From Octopus bimaculoides (lineage: Eukaryota): a stretch of 64,000 bases of DNA. Below, piece by piece: positions 37,802-51,655 of the stretch. The notes under the pieces were generated by a model, which did no database searches, was not told the DNA's origin, and was given only the letters and a program-made list of their open reading frames with translations. Each line of letters opens with the position of its first letter. The first letter of the stretch is position 1. A program made the position numbers and the translations under genes. The stretch is taken from the NCBI RefSeq assembly GCF_001194135.2, contig NC_068984.1:33884993-33948992 (forward strand), in the 5' to 3' direction.

Positions 37802-37841
<40 letters not shown>

Positions 37842-38785
37842 ATTGTTTGATCGAGTGGTTAGAAAGTCTGATTTGCAATTATGCAGGCGCGAGTTCGATC
37901 ACACTGCTTGGCATTTTGCGCGAATCTCTCCACCATATTTTCTAGTCAACCCAAACCTCGTGACATAGAGTACATGGAAACTATAAAGAGACTTGCCAAA
38001 GTGATTGTACACGCAATTTCAAAGATCCAGCCTTGACACATATTGTGTCATACTGATTCGTTAAGGATTCACATCTCTCTGGAATACTTGTCCGCTTATA
38101 CATTAATTAACAAGTAGGTGGTTAATTTGATTATACAGCTGGCTGCTCTTTGTCATGAATGACTGAAGATCTATCATGCGTGAGTATTGATGACTGTAGG
38201 CGTATTAGACATCCTCTTTCATGAAATATATTTACATTTTATAAGCAGACTTCGTTAATTCTGATTGCTCACCTCATACGACCACACACACACATACACA
38301 CACAGATTGTCTTTATTTCGTTCTCCATCTGTCTATGTATCTCCCTTTATCTGTTTACATCATTACCTTTTGACATTTTTGCCTCTTCCATTCTTTTCTC
38401 CATGTTCAATTATTCCTTTATTTCCTCTCCCTCCGTTTCCTTACACATGTATACACTAAAACTACATTATTAACTTTTATGTTCTCTCCACGCTCAGTAA
38501 CAAGCATATGGGAATCACGAAACATTTGTCTGTATTCAATGGATCCATTGAAAACTGTCTTGCTGATCATTCACTAAGCAGTCAAAGAACTGTAAACAAT
38601 CATCATGTTGAAATCGGTAGATAGAAAAGAGATTAATGTTTGAACTCAAAGCTAATTATAAATGAAAGATGCTCTCATAGGATAGAAGAGCCATTGTCCA
38701 AATTGTCTTCTAGATACGGTGATTTAGTCTTCTTTTAATAAAGAAACTACTAGAACTAACGTCATTTTTGCTGATGAATAATTGC

Positions 38786-38850
38786 TGTAGTAGTAGTAGT
38801 AGTAGTAGTAGTAGTTGTTGGTGTTGTTGTTGTTGTTGTTGCTGCTGCAG
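38786..38850. repeat. Compound triplet repeat (TAG)n-(TTG)n-(CTG)n
   Basis: Directly visible. Confidence 0.95.
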
Positions 38851-39799
38851 AAATGGAAGGAGGAGGGGATGGAAGAGAAGAGGTGGGAATAAGGAAGGAG
38901 GTGGAAAAGAGAAGGAATTCCGTTGCTTGTTAATATGGTTGCTGTTGCCAAAATAGCTTTAAGGCAAGTACAATGGGTGGTGTAATCAATTGAGCCTTGG
39001 GTGAAATGCTTCGCGTTATTTAGTTACACACTTATACATTCCGAGTTCAAAATCTACTGAGGTCACTTTTTTTTCCATCCTTTATGAGTCAATAAAAAAT
39101 GTATTAATCAAACGATTTAATTTTCTGCGTATTTATTTATTCATGTAATTACTTATTTAAAGATCAAGTGGAGCGACAAAAATAATAAGATACTGAAATT
39201 AATAATTATTAAAATTTAAATTCTATATATATATTAAAGTTTCATTTGAGATTTGGCTGATATTTCTAGCAGGTAAAATGACTGCATAGAAGCTACCTCA
39301 TTGAGCAGTATGTTATGTACTGTAATGCACAAGTATAATGCTTGAAAGTATTGAGCCAAGTTTCGTGTGGTTCTGTGGCTTCAATATTTTCATTTTTCAG
39401 TTACATGTAAGCTTATGATTTACCCATTTTGCAGCTGAATTTTTTATGCAAAAACCATCAACGTACTAGATTTTTCCCTAAAGAATTCAGGAAAATAACA
39501 ACATTAAATATTAGCTTTGCTTTCACTGCTGACAAGTTTTTTAGCATGGAATCATACGCAATCTAACTATACAAGTACCCATGAAGTTCTTATCATGTTT
39601 TGCTACGCAAATACAGCAGATTCCTTTTTGGAATGGAACGAGAATATAGAAATATAAATCAAACCTCGAATTGACCATACTAACCCTGCCAACACTACTT
39701 TGTGGTTCTTAGTAATCTTCGCAAATTTGAGTTAAAAACGGAGATGGATAAGTTATTTTTCTTACAATTAATGCGTATGGACCACGAAGCAGAGACCAC

Positions 39800-40060
39800 T
39801 TCAGAGAATGACTGTTATATATCGGGTGCATGGGAGAAAATTGCACTGATGAAATGTGAAGTGTATGGATGACAGCTTCGTAAAACGTTACCATATAATC
39901 CAGCCAAGAGGAACTATGGAGGAGGAAATTAAGGAAGACGTGAAGAGAGATTGTGAAAGCTGATCTCATGATAGTGAACCTCACAAAAGAGATGACAAAA
40001 GAACTCGGCAATTAGTGAGACGCAACGTCTAAAGTATGCAAACATAGAAAACCAAACCAT
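39800..40060 (+). mobile_element. RTE LINE C-terminal fragment
   Basis: MDDSFVKRYH..GT....RKT*REIVKADLMIVNLTKEMTK (cf. RMD.DS.VK.C..GRGRPRKTW.E.V..DL..L..EMT.DR). Confidence 0.7.
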
Positions 40061-42689
40061 GCAAGCCTAGAAAACATCAGCGCAAAAATGATTCAAATGA
40101 TTATGAATGCTTAAGGGTTCTCTTTGAACAAAATATAAGCATTTGTGCAACAACTATCAATCAAATAGAGTAAAACCATTCTCCAACACTTTTATCTTTC
40201 AACAGTATTTTGGTCTGACAATTGGTCTGAAGAACGTGTCACACTCTTCCCAGAATTTTATTCCTCAGCAATCCTCTTCATATTTTATAATGTATTATAC
40301 ATATTACACGCGGTTTGTTTTAATTCTTAACTTTCTGTTTTCATACTCACACGGTTAGATGGTATTCTGATTTATTTCCTATACATCGAACTCATTGTTA
40401 ACAGTTATCATCACAATTGTTTTCATATCAATTGTCTTTACTGGAGATCGGTACTGATATTATTACACGATGGACTGTGTCCAGCAGCACAATGAGAAAT
40501 GTTTTTCATCTTTGAGCAATTTACAATAGTGATTTGGCCTATCTTGAAGACTCAAGTCATTTCTTGGAATTCGATAATTAGCTATTGCAGCGCTTGGTAC
40601 ATTGCGAGAAAAACCTGCGCAAAAGATGTGAAAACTGTACAAATGTTGAGAGATCTTAATGATTTTGGGGTAGCTCAGAACACATAAATGATTTCAATAA
40701 TCTTTAGAACGATGCTGCAGTAATATGCAGTGGAAGTGAATTCAACAGTGTCAAAAATCTCTGAAGTTGATGTGTAAAATAAAGGAGGCCGTGGGCATTG
40801 TTATCCTACTGCCTCTAGGGCAGTGTTTCTAGATTATGATCACAACAACGTTGAAAGTAAATCAAGTTTTAATGTGGATGTCAAAACATTACATATATGA
40901 CACCTTGACAGTTATTTGATAAATAACACCTCTCGCTATGGCAGCTAAATGGTTAAGGTAACAATTCCTTTGAATATGTCAGTATTTTTATGTTAGCTGT
41001 AAGAACAATATTATTAGAGAAAGTTGACTGTTTCTACCTAATTGCAGCGTCGCCATACTGGATGCTGTCGCACTTGCCATGAAATAAAACCGTTGTTGTT
41101 TGTCCAGCTACAGGCTAAAATATTCCGTCTATTGCTACTTCTAATGTGCTTGCTTTTCTTTCTCTGACAAAATATCAATCACTCCTGCGTTTTTACAGCT
41201 TGCGCTATCTTTCCATTGTTTCATATTTGTCTTCAGATATCTCTACCATAGTCCCATAATCTATTTTAGTTGTTTAGTAAAAGGTGGCGAAAAGCTGATA
41301 AAGAAAAAAAAATTAAGTAGTAAATTATCTCACCCAAAGAAATTTTACTTCTTCGTTTGTCTCTTTGATTTCTTCCTTATTGTCTTATCTTTTAAATAGA
41401 AAAGCAAAACAAATCGTATTTACACGTTATTCTTTCTGTAGTAAGCAAGCAACCATAAATTTCGTCAAATATCTCAGCACACGCTGAGTTAAAGACAGTT
41501 ACTACGATTTCTTGCATTGATACAAGGACATACATTAAAGGGGCCGACTACTGTTAATCGAATCTGCCAATATTTTTTTTTTCTTTTTCGATCCCATAAA
41601 GGACAAACCGTAATGGAATTTGAACTCAGAACACGAAGTGACACTGCAGAGAAGTTTAATATGGAAAGCTACCGTTTCTAAATCTCGCCACCCAAGTCAT
41701 TTTTTCTTCACTTCTACTTGTAAAAAAAATATCTACTTAACCGGAGAAAAGTCACTAGATGATTGACACAAAATCACTCTAAGTCATGCTCCAGCCTCTG
41801 ACCAACAAAAATACTGTTTCCACTCTTTGCCATTTTCACTACGACAAGTAGGGATCAGGACACTTTTAAGTATGTGTATCCACACTCAATCTGGATGTGG
41901 AAAGAAAAAGATATGGAAGTAGATCGGTGCTCTGTAACCTTTTTTCACTTGCGGTTCACTTATATTCTTTTCAAAATTCGGCTGCACACCTGAGCTAAAA
42001 ATATAGTTAAAAGTATAGGGAAAAAATTATATTCAGGTGACACTGCGGCACACATAGCATTGTCTCGTGACACATCAGTGTTCCGCGGCATACCAGCTGC
42101 GGAGCACTGGTGCAGGGCTTGATTTGTAGTAATATATTTTGCGAACGAATGTGACAAAATCCTCGTCTTTCCAGCTCTTTTTCTATTTGACAACTAGAGT
42201 GAAACCAGACTACTGTGAATGTTAGATATCGTATTAACACCTAATAAGACCACTGATGATAATTTAAACAGTTTAAGGATATATATAGGACAATCCTTTT
42301 CTGGTCTTGAATTGTAAAAGTGGCTTAGGGAAACCTAACATAAAGGCTCCTTCATTGGCTGATGTCTATGTTATGGTTATTGTTTTCAGTTGTGTTTTTA
42401 ATCGCCATTACAACCATTAATGACATCATCAACAAGAATAACATAAACTCTATAATCATAGCGATCTGTACTAAAATAAACCGCCTTTTTCATCATTGTT
42501 GTGGTCGCCGCTGTCATCATTATCCCCGTCATTATCATCATCATTTTCGTTGACGTTGTTGTAATCATTATCGTCCTTGTCAAAATCCGTATCATATAAA
42601 AGTTAGATCTATCAATATAACTTGTTAAATAAGCATGAGTCATCAACAATACTTTTACTTCTTAATATCAGAATCATTATGATCAACAT

Positions 42690-43050
42690 TGTCATCATCA
42701 TCATCATCATCATCATCCTCAAGTGGTTTTCTGCACAGTCTCTCAGCTTGCAATAAATAGCAGTTATACTTCCTTCAATGACTCCACATCTCGTTAAAAA
42801 ATATTGTAGGTTTACATTCATACATCAGATAATGTATTGCATCTAGGGGTAGCCAAGGAAACTTGCAGATCCTTGATTATAATGGCCACCAATGGCACTA
42901 CTGGGGAGCACCTAACGCACATCCACGTTTTCCATCTTGTGTTTAAATATTCAGCAGTTTCATTCAGTAAGGCCATCCACGCCACATTTAACGTACTTAC
43001 TGTCGGACAGCACCTCAATCTTTATCCTCAAATTACGTTTTGAATGGAAC
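42690..43050 (-). mobile_element. 3' remnant of a probable RLE-type non-LTR retrotransposon ending in a (GAT)n tail
   Basis: LLNETAEYLNTRWKTWMC...PVVPLVA..KDLQVSL resembles the post-endonuclease C-terminus of RLE clades. The minus strand then runs into (GAT)n at ~42690-42718. Judged by eye. Confidence 0.4.
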
Positions 43051-43119
43051 TTAAGAAAGTCATTGAGGGCTTAACCGAAGCTGAAAGTGTCTCTCAGTCA
43101 TCCATCCACCTTTTTTGCC

Positions 43120-43870
43120 GTAAAGGTTTTTGATTTAGCTACAAGGCCAGCAATTTTGAGAGGAGAAGTGTAATTGATAACGTTGATTCTGATACTAGAC
43201 CATCAATCCCAGATGGTTGAAAGGTAAAGTCGACCCAGGCAGGATTTGAACTCAGAACATAATTATTTCTACAATAGAAAAAAGACCTGAAACATTTGGT
43301 GTGGATCAGTCGATTACATTAACCCTAGTGTTCAGCTGATGCATATTTTATCAATCCCAAAAACATTGAAAGGCAAAGTTGACCATAGCAAAATTTGAAT
43401 ACAAGACATAAAACCATAAAAAATGTTGTTAAACACATTGTATAGCGTGTAAGCAATATTGCCAGCTTACCGCCTTTAAATAATAATTTGTGTTGTAACT
43501 TAGCAGTTCAGCTATAGAAACTGATAGAATAAGTACCAGGCTTTAAACAAACTAAAAACTGGGATCAATTTTTTAAACTAAAACCCTTCAAAGGCAATGT
43601 TCCAACATGGCCGCACTCCAATGACAGAAGCAAGTAAAAAGTGGGAGAAAAGACATAGGAACAAGGCCAGCAATTTTGAGGAGCTGATAAGTCATTTATA
43701 TTAACCCCAGTGCACAACTTGTACTTATTTTATCGACCCCAAAAGGATGAAAAGCAAAGTCAACCTCAATGGAATTTGAATTCAGAATGGGAAGCTAGAA
43801 TGTATGCTGCTAGGTATTTTGTCGAACATGCTAACGACTGGGCCAACTTGCCTCCTTGATAGAATGATAA
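43120..43870. mobile_element. SINE pile-up: three family B copies (-) and a family A tail (+)
   Basis: aaggcaaagtcgac/aggatttgaactcagaa motifs at ~43220, ~43370 and ~43750; gatagaataagtaccagg..catggccgcactccaatgacagaagcaagtaaaa at ~43520-43640. Confidence 0.75.
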
Positions 43871-44063
43871 TAACAGTTGTTACAATCATCACAGTTATCG
43901 CTGGCTTACTCATCATTTTCCAAAATTTTTTCACACAAGACACCACCAGAAAGCTTTTTCAGAAAAAAGAGATTACAAAATATATAAATGCACCTTCACA
44001 TAGAAATATGCATATAGACATGCATTAACACACAAGCATGCGTAGAAACATACATTTTCATGT

Positions 44064-44097
<34 letters not shown>

Positions 44098-45639
44098 ATA
44101 CCACACATATGTGTACACACACACACACACACATATGCACACCCACACAAACACACATGCACACATACACACGCACACAATCATATCACAGCTAATGTTA
44201 CATATCCCTTATATATGTTCTATGATCATAGGATATCAAAAGAAATAATTATGAATGCTGCCATGAATTTCACTCCATATATATATGTGTGTGCATGTGT
44301 GCACATATCTACAGATATCTATGGAGATATATGTGCTTATATCTATAGATATGTGTGGGCGTGTTTTAGTTTGTGTATGTGCAGCAGATCTGTATCTACG
44401 TATACGATGTACACGTATGTGAAAGTCTAGTTTATTTTTTAGAATTTCATGAATTTCTAAATAGATATCAGAATTACTCTCAAAGCTATTTTATAAATTT
44501 TGTATTTATTACCTGTGTCTTTTTTTTGTCTTTTTTTTATGACCATTAATTTGTCAAATATGTTTTGGTTATGAAGAAAACAAACAAAACATCTTTGAAA
44601 ATGTTTTTCAATGAAATATGCATTTAAGTCTATAGTGAAGATATTTTGAAACGCAACAGTTTGTTGTTTGCTTCTATACACTTCCACAAACAAACAGAGC
44701 CCTTAAATGAGTCAGCAAAGGGCTATCTATATAAAATGCTTGAAATGGATGAAATAGCAGCCAAATCTCTTAAACACCTGAGCACCTTAGGAAAGGAAGG
44801 ACACAATAGAAATTGTAAACCAACATATATAGAAATTTAAGACACCTATGGATGAAATATCATTCACTTCATAAATAAACCTAAGATCAATTTAAGTGAG
44901 GAAGAACTTTTGATACTCTTCATTTAAGCACCATAGCTTAAGTAACATGCTTTGCTTTTTATATTAAATTTCTTGTTACTAGATAAGCTTCCTTCTTCAA
45001 GCCAGCACTACCAAAATAAGTTTCACTACACACCACCAGGAATCTCTCTCCTCCATAACATTTGGTATGTCTTTAATTTCATGCTGCATGTCTGCCAATA
45101 GCCTCAATGTAATTTAGAGGTGTTCATCATCTTTCAAAGGGGAAAAGTGTCTAAAATAAAGCATTTGATATGGCCTTGTGTTCAGCACAATAGCAATGAC
45201 CAGCAGAAGGCAGCCTGCATTGAGCAATAGCTTTTTGTTCCTTAGCAGAATTTCCTTTCACATTGAAACTATCTTACAATGGAATGAAAACAGCTCCCAC
45301 ATAGGCAGAAAAACACTACTGCAGATCCTTATCCTCACAATTAGAAAAATTAGAAAAGTGTTCAGAATCTCCACTCAAAAAGTTTCAACTGAGTTTGTGG
45401 ATTTCTTTGGATATTTGACACTGTCGATACAAGGGTTGTATTGCATATTCTTTTGAATGACAGCATCCAGATGGGATTGTTAAACCATCACCATCATATA
45501 TGAAAACCCACCAAGCTTGGTGCAAAGATGGTACAGCTAAATAATTTCTAGTCATAGTAGACATACTTCAAAGTTCCTTTGATAGACTACATATTTATGT
45601 GAAGTCTTAATTCCCATTCTAGGCAAAGGTTGTGCTGTT

Positions 45640-45960
45640 AAATATAAATGATCAAGACATAAGTAGAACCTGCATCACTCTGACCTTGTCTATGCTGAGG
45701 GTCTTGTCTTCTTAGCTCATCAACAACTGTCACTGTCCTCTTAGAATACTGCAGATAAGGTTGAGCCATTTCTCAATGCAAAGGTTATTCAATACATGAC
45801 TGTCAATGAAGATGAAATCATATGCAAATGCATTTCAATGATAGTATACAATTCAAAGACAGCAATGACTTTAAGTACTTTGGGTAGTATGTTGCTGACA
45901 TTAAGAAAATCTTTCTAACATGCAAGAGACAAGTCTTGAGTGCTCATAACAATCTGTTTA
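45640..45960 (+). mobile_element. Ancient RTE-type RT fragment
   Basis: DLVYAEG (cf. DLDYADD), TADKVEPFLNAKVIQYM (cf. A..VGL..NAKKTEYM), NDFKY.LGS. Confidence 0.55.
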
Positions 45961-47299
45961 AGTCAAGTATCTTTAATATTTTATGGAACGGTAAAATCAT
46001 AAAAGCACCAGACAAAATGCCATATGTATTTCATTATGGTCTTTTACATTTTGTTCAAATCCAAACGAAGTCAACAATGTCATTTGCCTTTCAGTGGTTG
46101 ATAGAATAAAGTACCATTCAAATACAGAAATTGATACAAAAGATTATACCACTCCAACATTTAAAGCTTTGTGTCTATTTAAGACAAAATTTATCAAGAA
46201 TAAGATAAAGAACAAGATTACGTATAATTCATGCTTTTCCATATTGCATAGTGTAGCAAAATTATTGAGAATTTGCTAGAAGTACAAACTGAAACTGTTT
46301 TGAAAATACATCTTTGCTGTGGACAATCACAGAGTACTGAACAAAATACTTTGCAGTATTTAAAACATATCTTTTATGTCCTGGTTCCAACACAAATCAA
46401 GACAACTTGACATTCATCCTCTCAGAGTCGATAGAATAAATATCATTCAAGTGTTGTGGCTGATATAATTGACTGTAACAATCCCCCAAAATCTGTGAAG
46501 TTGTGTCTATGTTAGAAAACATAACCATTACTTGATGCCATCTAATTTTGTAGGAGACAAGAAATATGAGATATGAACTGTGTGTTTTTCCCAAAGTTAG
46601 TTATGATTGCAAAACAATCAGTTTGAAAGTAAAATCTGATTAATAATTTTCTTTTCCTGGGACAGGAACATAACTCTGAACAGTCCATTTCATTTTTATT
46701 TCAAGTCAGGATTTTTGCCTTGCAGAAAGAAAATACTATAAACACCTATTGAACATTATATTCTTTGTCATTCTTTTTTGTGTATTTTCTTAAACATGAA
46801 ACATAATAACAATATGAAATGATAATCTTCCAAATGATTCAAAGGTTTGAAATGAGCTTATATGGAGTTTTGGTGTGCAATTTTCTCTGTATATATTCAC
46901 TTTTGCATTATAGTTCAGATATCTCATAGTCTAACCCAGCAGACAATAGAGCAGATAGTATGATCGCTCAATCAAATTTCCTGAAAATTATAACACATTG
47001 TCTTAAAAGGAAAGGGACACAGATTATGTAGTACAAGATACACAATACTCAAGAGAGATATGAGATGATCATGGCCAGAATATGGTTGATCATAGGTATG
47101 CACAATCAGCATTGATCTGGGATTCAACTACAACAACCATCTCAATTGGACATTAACTTCACTAAAGTCACCAAGACATCATTCATCTCCTGTGTTCTCA
47201 AATTTTTTAATACAAGCTGGACAGCTTGACACTGATAGATTTTTGTAAGAATATTATTAGTGTAGCTAATATTATTAAGTGATTTAGATATTCACTGAA

Positions 47300-47342
47300 G
47301 AAATTTTCCAACCCATGCTAGCATGGAAAGCGAACATTAAAC

Positions 47343-47385
<43 letters not shown>

Positions 47386-47388
47386 ATG
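47300..47388 (+). mobile_element. RTE-related 3' end with (GAT)n tail
   Basis: ccaacccatgctagcatggaaagcgaacattaaacgatgatgatg. The reverse-oriented equivalent is at 53735-53930. Confidence 0.7.
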
Positions 47389-49503
47389 ATCAGTTCTGGT
47401 TCAGGGATGGTGACATAACCAATTCATTGTGTTTTTTTTTGTTTTTCTTTTTTTTGGTGGGCGGTTCTGTTATTCTAGAGAAGGCTGCACATTATATAAT
47501 CATTTAATATCTTACACCACACAATATTAACATGATTTAATCTATTAAAAGCCATAAACGATATTTTGATATTTTTTTTATTCTAGCCTGAACATTATTT
47601 TGAGAAGAAATAAGTTCTAATCACAAGGTGCTTCATTTGCATTAACTTAATTAAAACTAATTAGAACATATTACGAATAATTTTTCTTCATTTTTTCCAA
47701 ATATTCTTTTCATCACAAATAATTTCATTAAAATTTAAATAAGAAATGGAAATATTTTTATTGTATTAATGAAACTTTCTATTCTTAGATGGTAACTCCA
47801 AACATGGCTTAGTTTAATTGCCACTTCTTGTCTCTTGGATGCATTTGGACTAGATTTCTAACAAGAGGACACCACAATTGCTTGATGTATAAAATTTCAG
47901 GCCACTTTCTTATGTATAGTGTCACTATTTGTCTGAAAGTACAGGAGAAAAAAATGGTTCCTAGTAAAGGCCATCCTGAGGTATAATCACTTAACTGCCT
48001 TTCTTTAGTCCAATGAGGATAACATTTCAAGAAGCCCACCCAAGATAAGACATCAGGGATGAAAGTAGCTCTCAGCAACAACACTGGAATTGTGGTCTTT
48101 TCCTCTCTCCCACATCCAGCACACAAAAAAATTAAAGAAATATCAAAATGTTAGAATACAGGCCAATCATAGATTAAATATCCTCTAAAATGTGTGATAA
48201 TAATAGAAAGATCTACATGATCATAGTTGATCCATAAAATAGCAACAATGCAATGGGTGGATAGGCTGATAACATTTTACTGTATATGAAAGAGAGTTTA
48301 CATAAATAGCAATAGTAAAGAGAGCATCTCACACATGGCCCAATGTTTCCACCTTTAATTGGTTTGCTGTTTACTCACTTATTTACAAACCAATTACAGC
48401 AAATAATTATTAACATGGTAGCCACTAGCCTTTGTTATATGCATGGTTCATGCTTTGAGAAGTTTTACAGTTGGATGTCCTTCCTATAATTACTAATTGA
48501 AACTACTCTACAGAGTGGATTAAGTATATTTTTAGATATTTGTAACATATTTTACCATGAATGCATTTCTGCCACAAACTACTCTGCAGTAGAGACCAAA
48601 TGACTAAAATCATTTTAAAAAGTTTCTTTTTTTTTAATGTTACATCAAACAACATCATAAATGAACATTTAATGCCCAGCTGCCAATGAAAATACAGTTG
48701 TCATAACTATTAAACAAATAATGCAGTTACTACATGATAATCTCAATCTCCTCAACTATGTTCTATTATAAATTGGAATTTACCCTATGTGAAATTAACT
48801 GCTTTAGTGCATGTAAAATTCACAGAGGAAGTATGTACATTTTAATTCATGGACTATGATGTTATTAGTGAAAACATTTTACCAATCAAAGTAGAGTGTC
48901 CCCATGTTTTTGAATTAAACCTCAAATAACTTGCATCTCATCAATGATGGTCAGCTATATTGTCTAATTAATATTAGTTCTCCATTATAAGTCTTTCTTC
49001 TACAGGTCTTTACTTGATCTAAGATGTTTATGATTTAACACATACACATATACCTATATACATATATATATGTGTGTGTGGGTGACTGTTTATGTATGAG
49101 CGAGTGTGTGTTTCATAGAGAATAAAAGTCTTTGTTATTAGTTACTTCTCAATATAAGTGTATTACCCAAATATGTAAACATTACTTCATAATGTTCTAT
49201 GCACATTAAAGCTGGATATATCACTTTAGATCTTTTATAAATAAAGGGAATATGTACAAAGCACCAGAGAAAAAAAAATAAAGACATTAAACTAACAATG
49301 AGGTTTGAAAAGAAATGGATATTGCTAATATCCAAACTAAGCTAATATTTTTCTATTTAATTGTACCTAAGTTGAGTATATACAATTCTTAAGAATTCAC
49401 ACAAAATTTGAAATAAACCAGTGGAAGTTTTTCACAAACAACAAACTAGCTATCATGGTTTATTCATTCTCAACTTAATTCTACAAGATTTTTTTATGTG
49501 CAG

Positions 49504-49583
49504 GTAGAGTAAATTGGAGCAGGTCAGCTCAAGAGGATATTGAACCAAAAGCCAAAGACCATAAGATTTTAATCATATCCACG
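49504..49583 (+). CDS. Candidate 80-nt internal exon, unknown protein (GRVNWSRSAQEDIEPKAKDHKILIIST)
   Basis: Acceptor tttttttatgtgcag, open frame, moderate donor ACG|gtgaaa. No recognised homology. Confidence 0.18.
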
Positions 49584-49804
49584 GTGAAAAATAAATCAAA
49601 ACAATGAGGAAAAAATCAATTAACACTCTTACTTCATTCAACCTTGATATAATACAATATACGGAGAAATGGTTATGTGTACTTGACAAATATTACATTG
49701 AAGAACAAAGGATAATTCTTATACACCACATAGCAAATTTTTCACTGATATTCTCATATCTGGTGATGCTGACTTTCACATTAATGGTGATGCAAAGGCA
49801 GCAA

Positions 49805-49995
49805 GCTGGCTGAAGTGTTAGCAGCATTTCGACCATCTTTATATTCTGAGTTCAAATTCTGCTAAGGTCGGCTTTTTCCTTTCGTCCATTCGAGGTTGAT
49901 GAAATAAGTATCAGCTGAGTTTTGGAGGTCATTGTAACAAACTAGCCCCCTCCTCCAAAATTCCAGGCTTTGCATTTATGGTAGAAAAGATTATT
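49805..49995 (+). mobile_element. Family B SINE
   Basis: aaggcagcaagctggctgaagtgttagca..ttctgagttcaaattctgctaaggtcgg..gatgaaataagtatcag..atggtagaaaagattatt. Confidence 0.75.
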
Positions 49996-50449
49996 GTTGA
50001 TGTAGCTGATGATCATCTCATTTTCTTAATCATTTCCGATCCACATTTATATGCTCCCATGGGTATGGCAGAATTTGCTGAGACTGATTTTCAAACTGGA
50101 TGCCCTTCCTGTCACCACCCTCACCTGTTTCCAAGTAAGTAGATATTTCCCCATGATCAGACATATCATAGAAGATCTGTAACAGTGGACATTCTTTATG
50201 TGCTGATGACACTTGCTTACAACTATCACATGATGTCAAGGAAAGGAGACTGTGACACACACACACACACACACACACATACACACACACACTATATATA
50301 TATACATGATATATACATATATACATACAAACACATATATATACATATACACATATATACATATATACATACATACATATATACATACATGTATATATAC
50401 AAATATTCATACATATATACATTCATACGTACATACATTCATATATCAT

Positions 50450-50700
50450 AGATCTCTTAAGCCTTTTGGCAATGTACTGAAAAGTTGTGAACATTTCAAT
50501 GCTAAGCTGTTAAAGTATAAGGCTCTTACTCTAGGTGGGATATCCATGGAGCCATGCAATGGGGCCCAGTCTCGTGATTGATATAACTTTCAGTCCAAAA
50601 GTTTGGTGCTAGATTTTCCATGATCCTCCATATATATTATATTTCATGTCTCCTTCTCCTTGGTATAGTACCATGGGTATTTCCCACAGTCACAGTCACA
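50450..50700 (-). mobile_element. CR1/L2-group LINE C-terminal fragment
   Basis: [48 protein letters not shown] (cf. ERRRERY.IIY.WKI.E.LVPN..NSL..GPQLFN.LPK.LRD). Confidence 0.7.
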
Positions 50701-50714
50701 CCACATCTCATTTT

Positions 50715-50777
50715 ACAATCAACATTCAGCCATTCACAATCAACATTCAGCCATTCACAATCAACATTCAGCCATTC
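50715..50777. repeat. 21-bp minisatellite, three perfect copies
   Basis: (acaatcaacattcagccattc)x3. Confidence 0.95.
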
Positions 50778-51049
50778 ACATCGCAATTCCTCAGCAGTAC
50801 ATTCATTTTTCCTGCACTTAGTGGTTGATGATTTTCATTCATGGCTGTTAACTCAGATGAAGTTATACTATTTGTCTTCAACAAATACACATATATACTT
50901 ATGTTATTATACATATGCAATACATTTGTATTATATACATACACATAATATATAATGTACTTTATATACATGTATATAATAAACATATATAGCCATATTA
51001 TATACTATGAACAGACCACAAACGTACACGTGTGTGTGGGCGTGCACAC

Positions 51050-51087
<38 letters not shown>

Positions 51088-51313
51088 CAACAGCCCTCCC
51101 TAAGAATTATTCTATTAATAATATTTGTGGTTCTATTCTCCTTTTAACAATTTAATAACATGTTTTACACTTATGATAGATACTGGCTTACTTATTAAGA
51201 GTACTGCTGGTAGCAGGAAAATTGAAAGGGTCAAATTAGCACAAACACTCATACATAGACACACACTCATGTATATATATGTGTGTGTGTGTGTATACCT
51301 GTACATATATATA

Positions 51314-51350
<37 letters not shown>

Positions 51351-51379
51351 NNNNNNNNNNNNNATATATACATATTCAT

Positions 51380-51410
<31 letters not shown>

Positions 51411-51442
51411 CATGTGCATGTATATGTAAAAAATATATATGA

Positions 51443-51481
<39 letters not shown>

Positions 51482-51599
51482 TACAAATAGATACATACAT
51501 GCACATGCACATATATACACACACACATGCACATATATATATACATATATGCATACATATATGTATGTATATATGTGCATATATATGTGCATATATACA

Positions 51600-51655
<56 letters not shown>

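Noticed and set aside
41030-41085. Kozak-like agtATGGCGACG start on the minus strand
   Set aside because: The frame closes after ~34 codons and the donor (gtagaa) is weak.
45114-45150. Apparent minus-strand terminal exon HFSPLKDDEHL* after tttattttag
   Set aside because: No compatible upstream exon identified; the surrounding frames look like decayed TE sequence.
47809-48126. 105-aa minus-strand ORF with an internal acceptor-like site
   Set aside because: No motif, no donor and no supporting neighbour exon.
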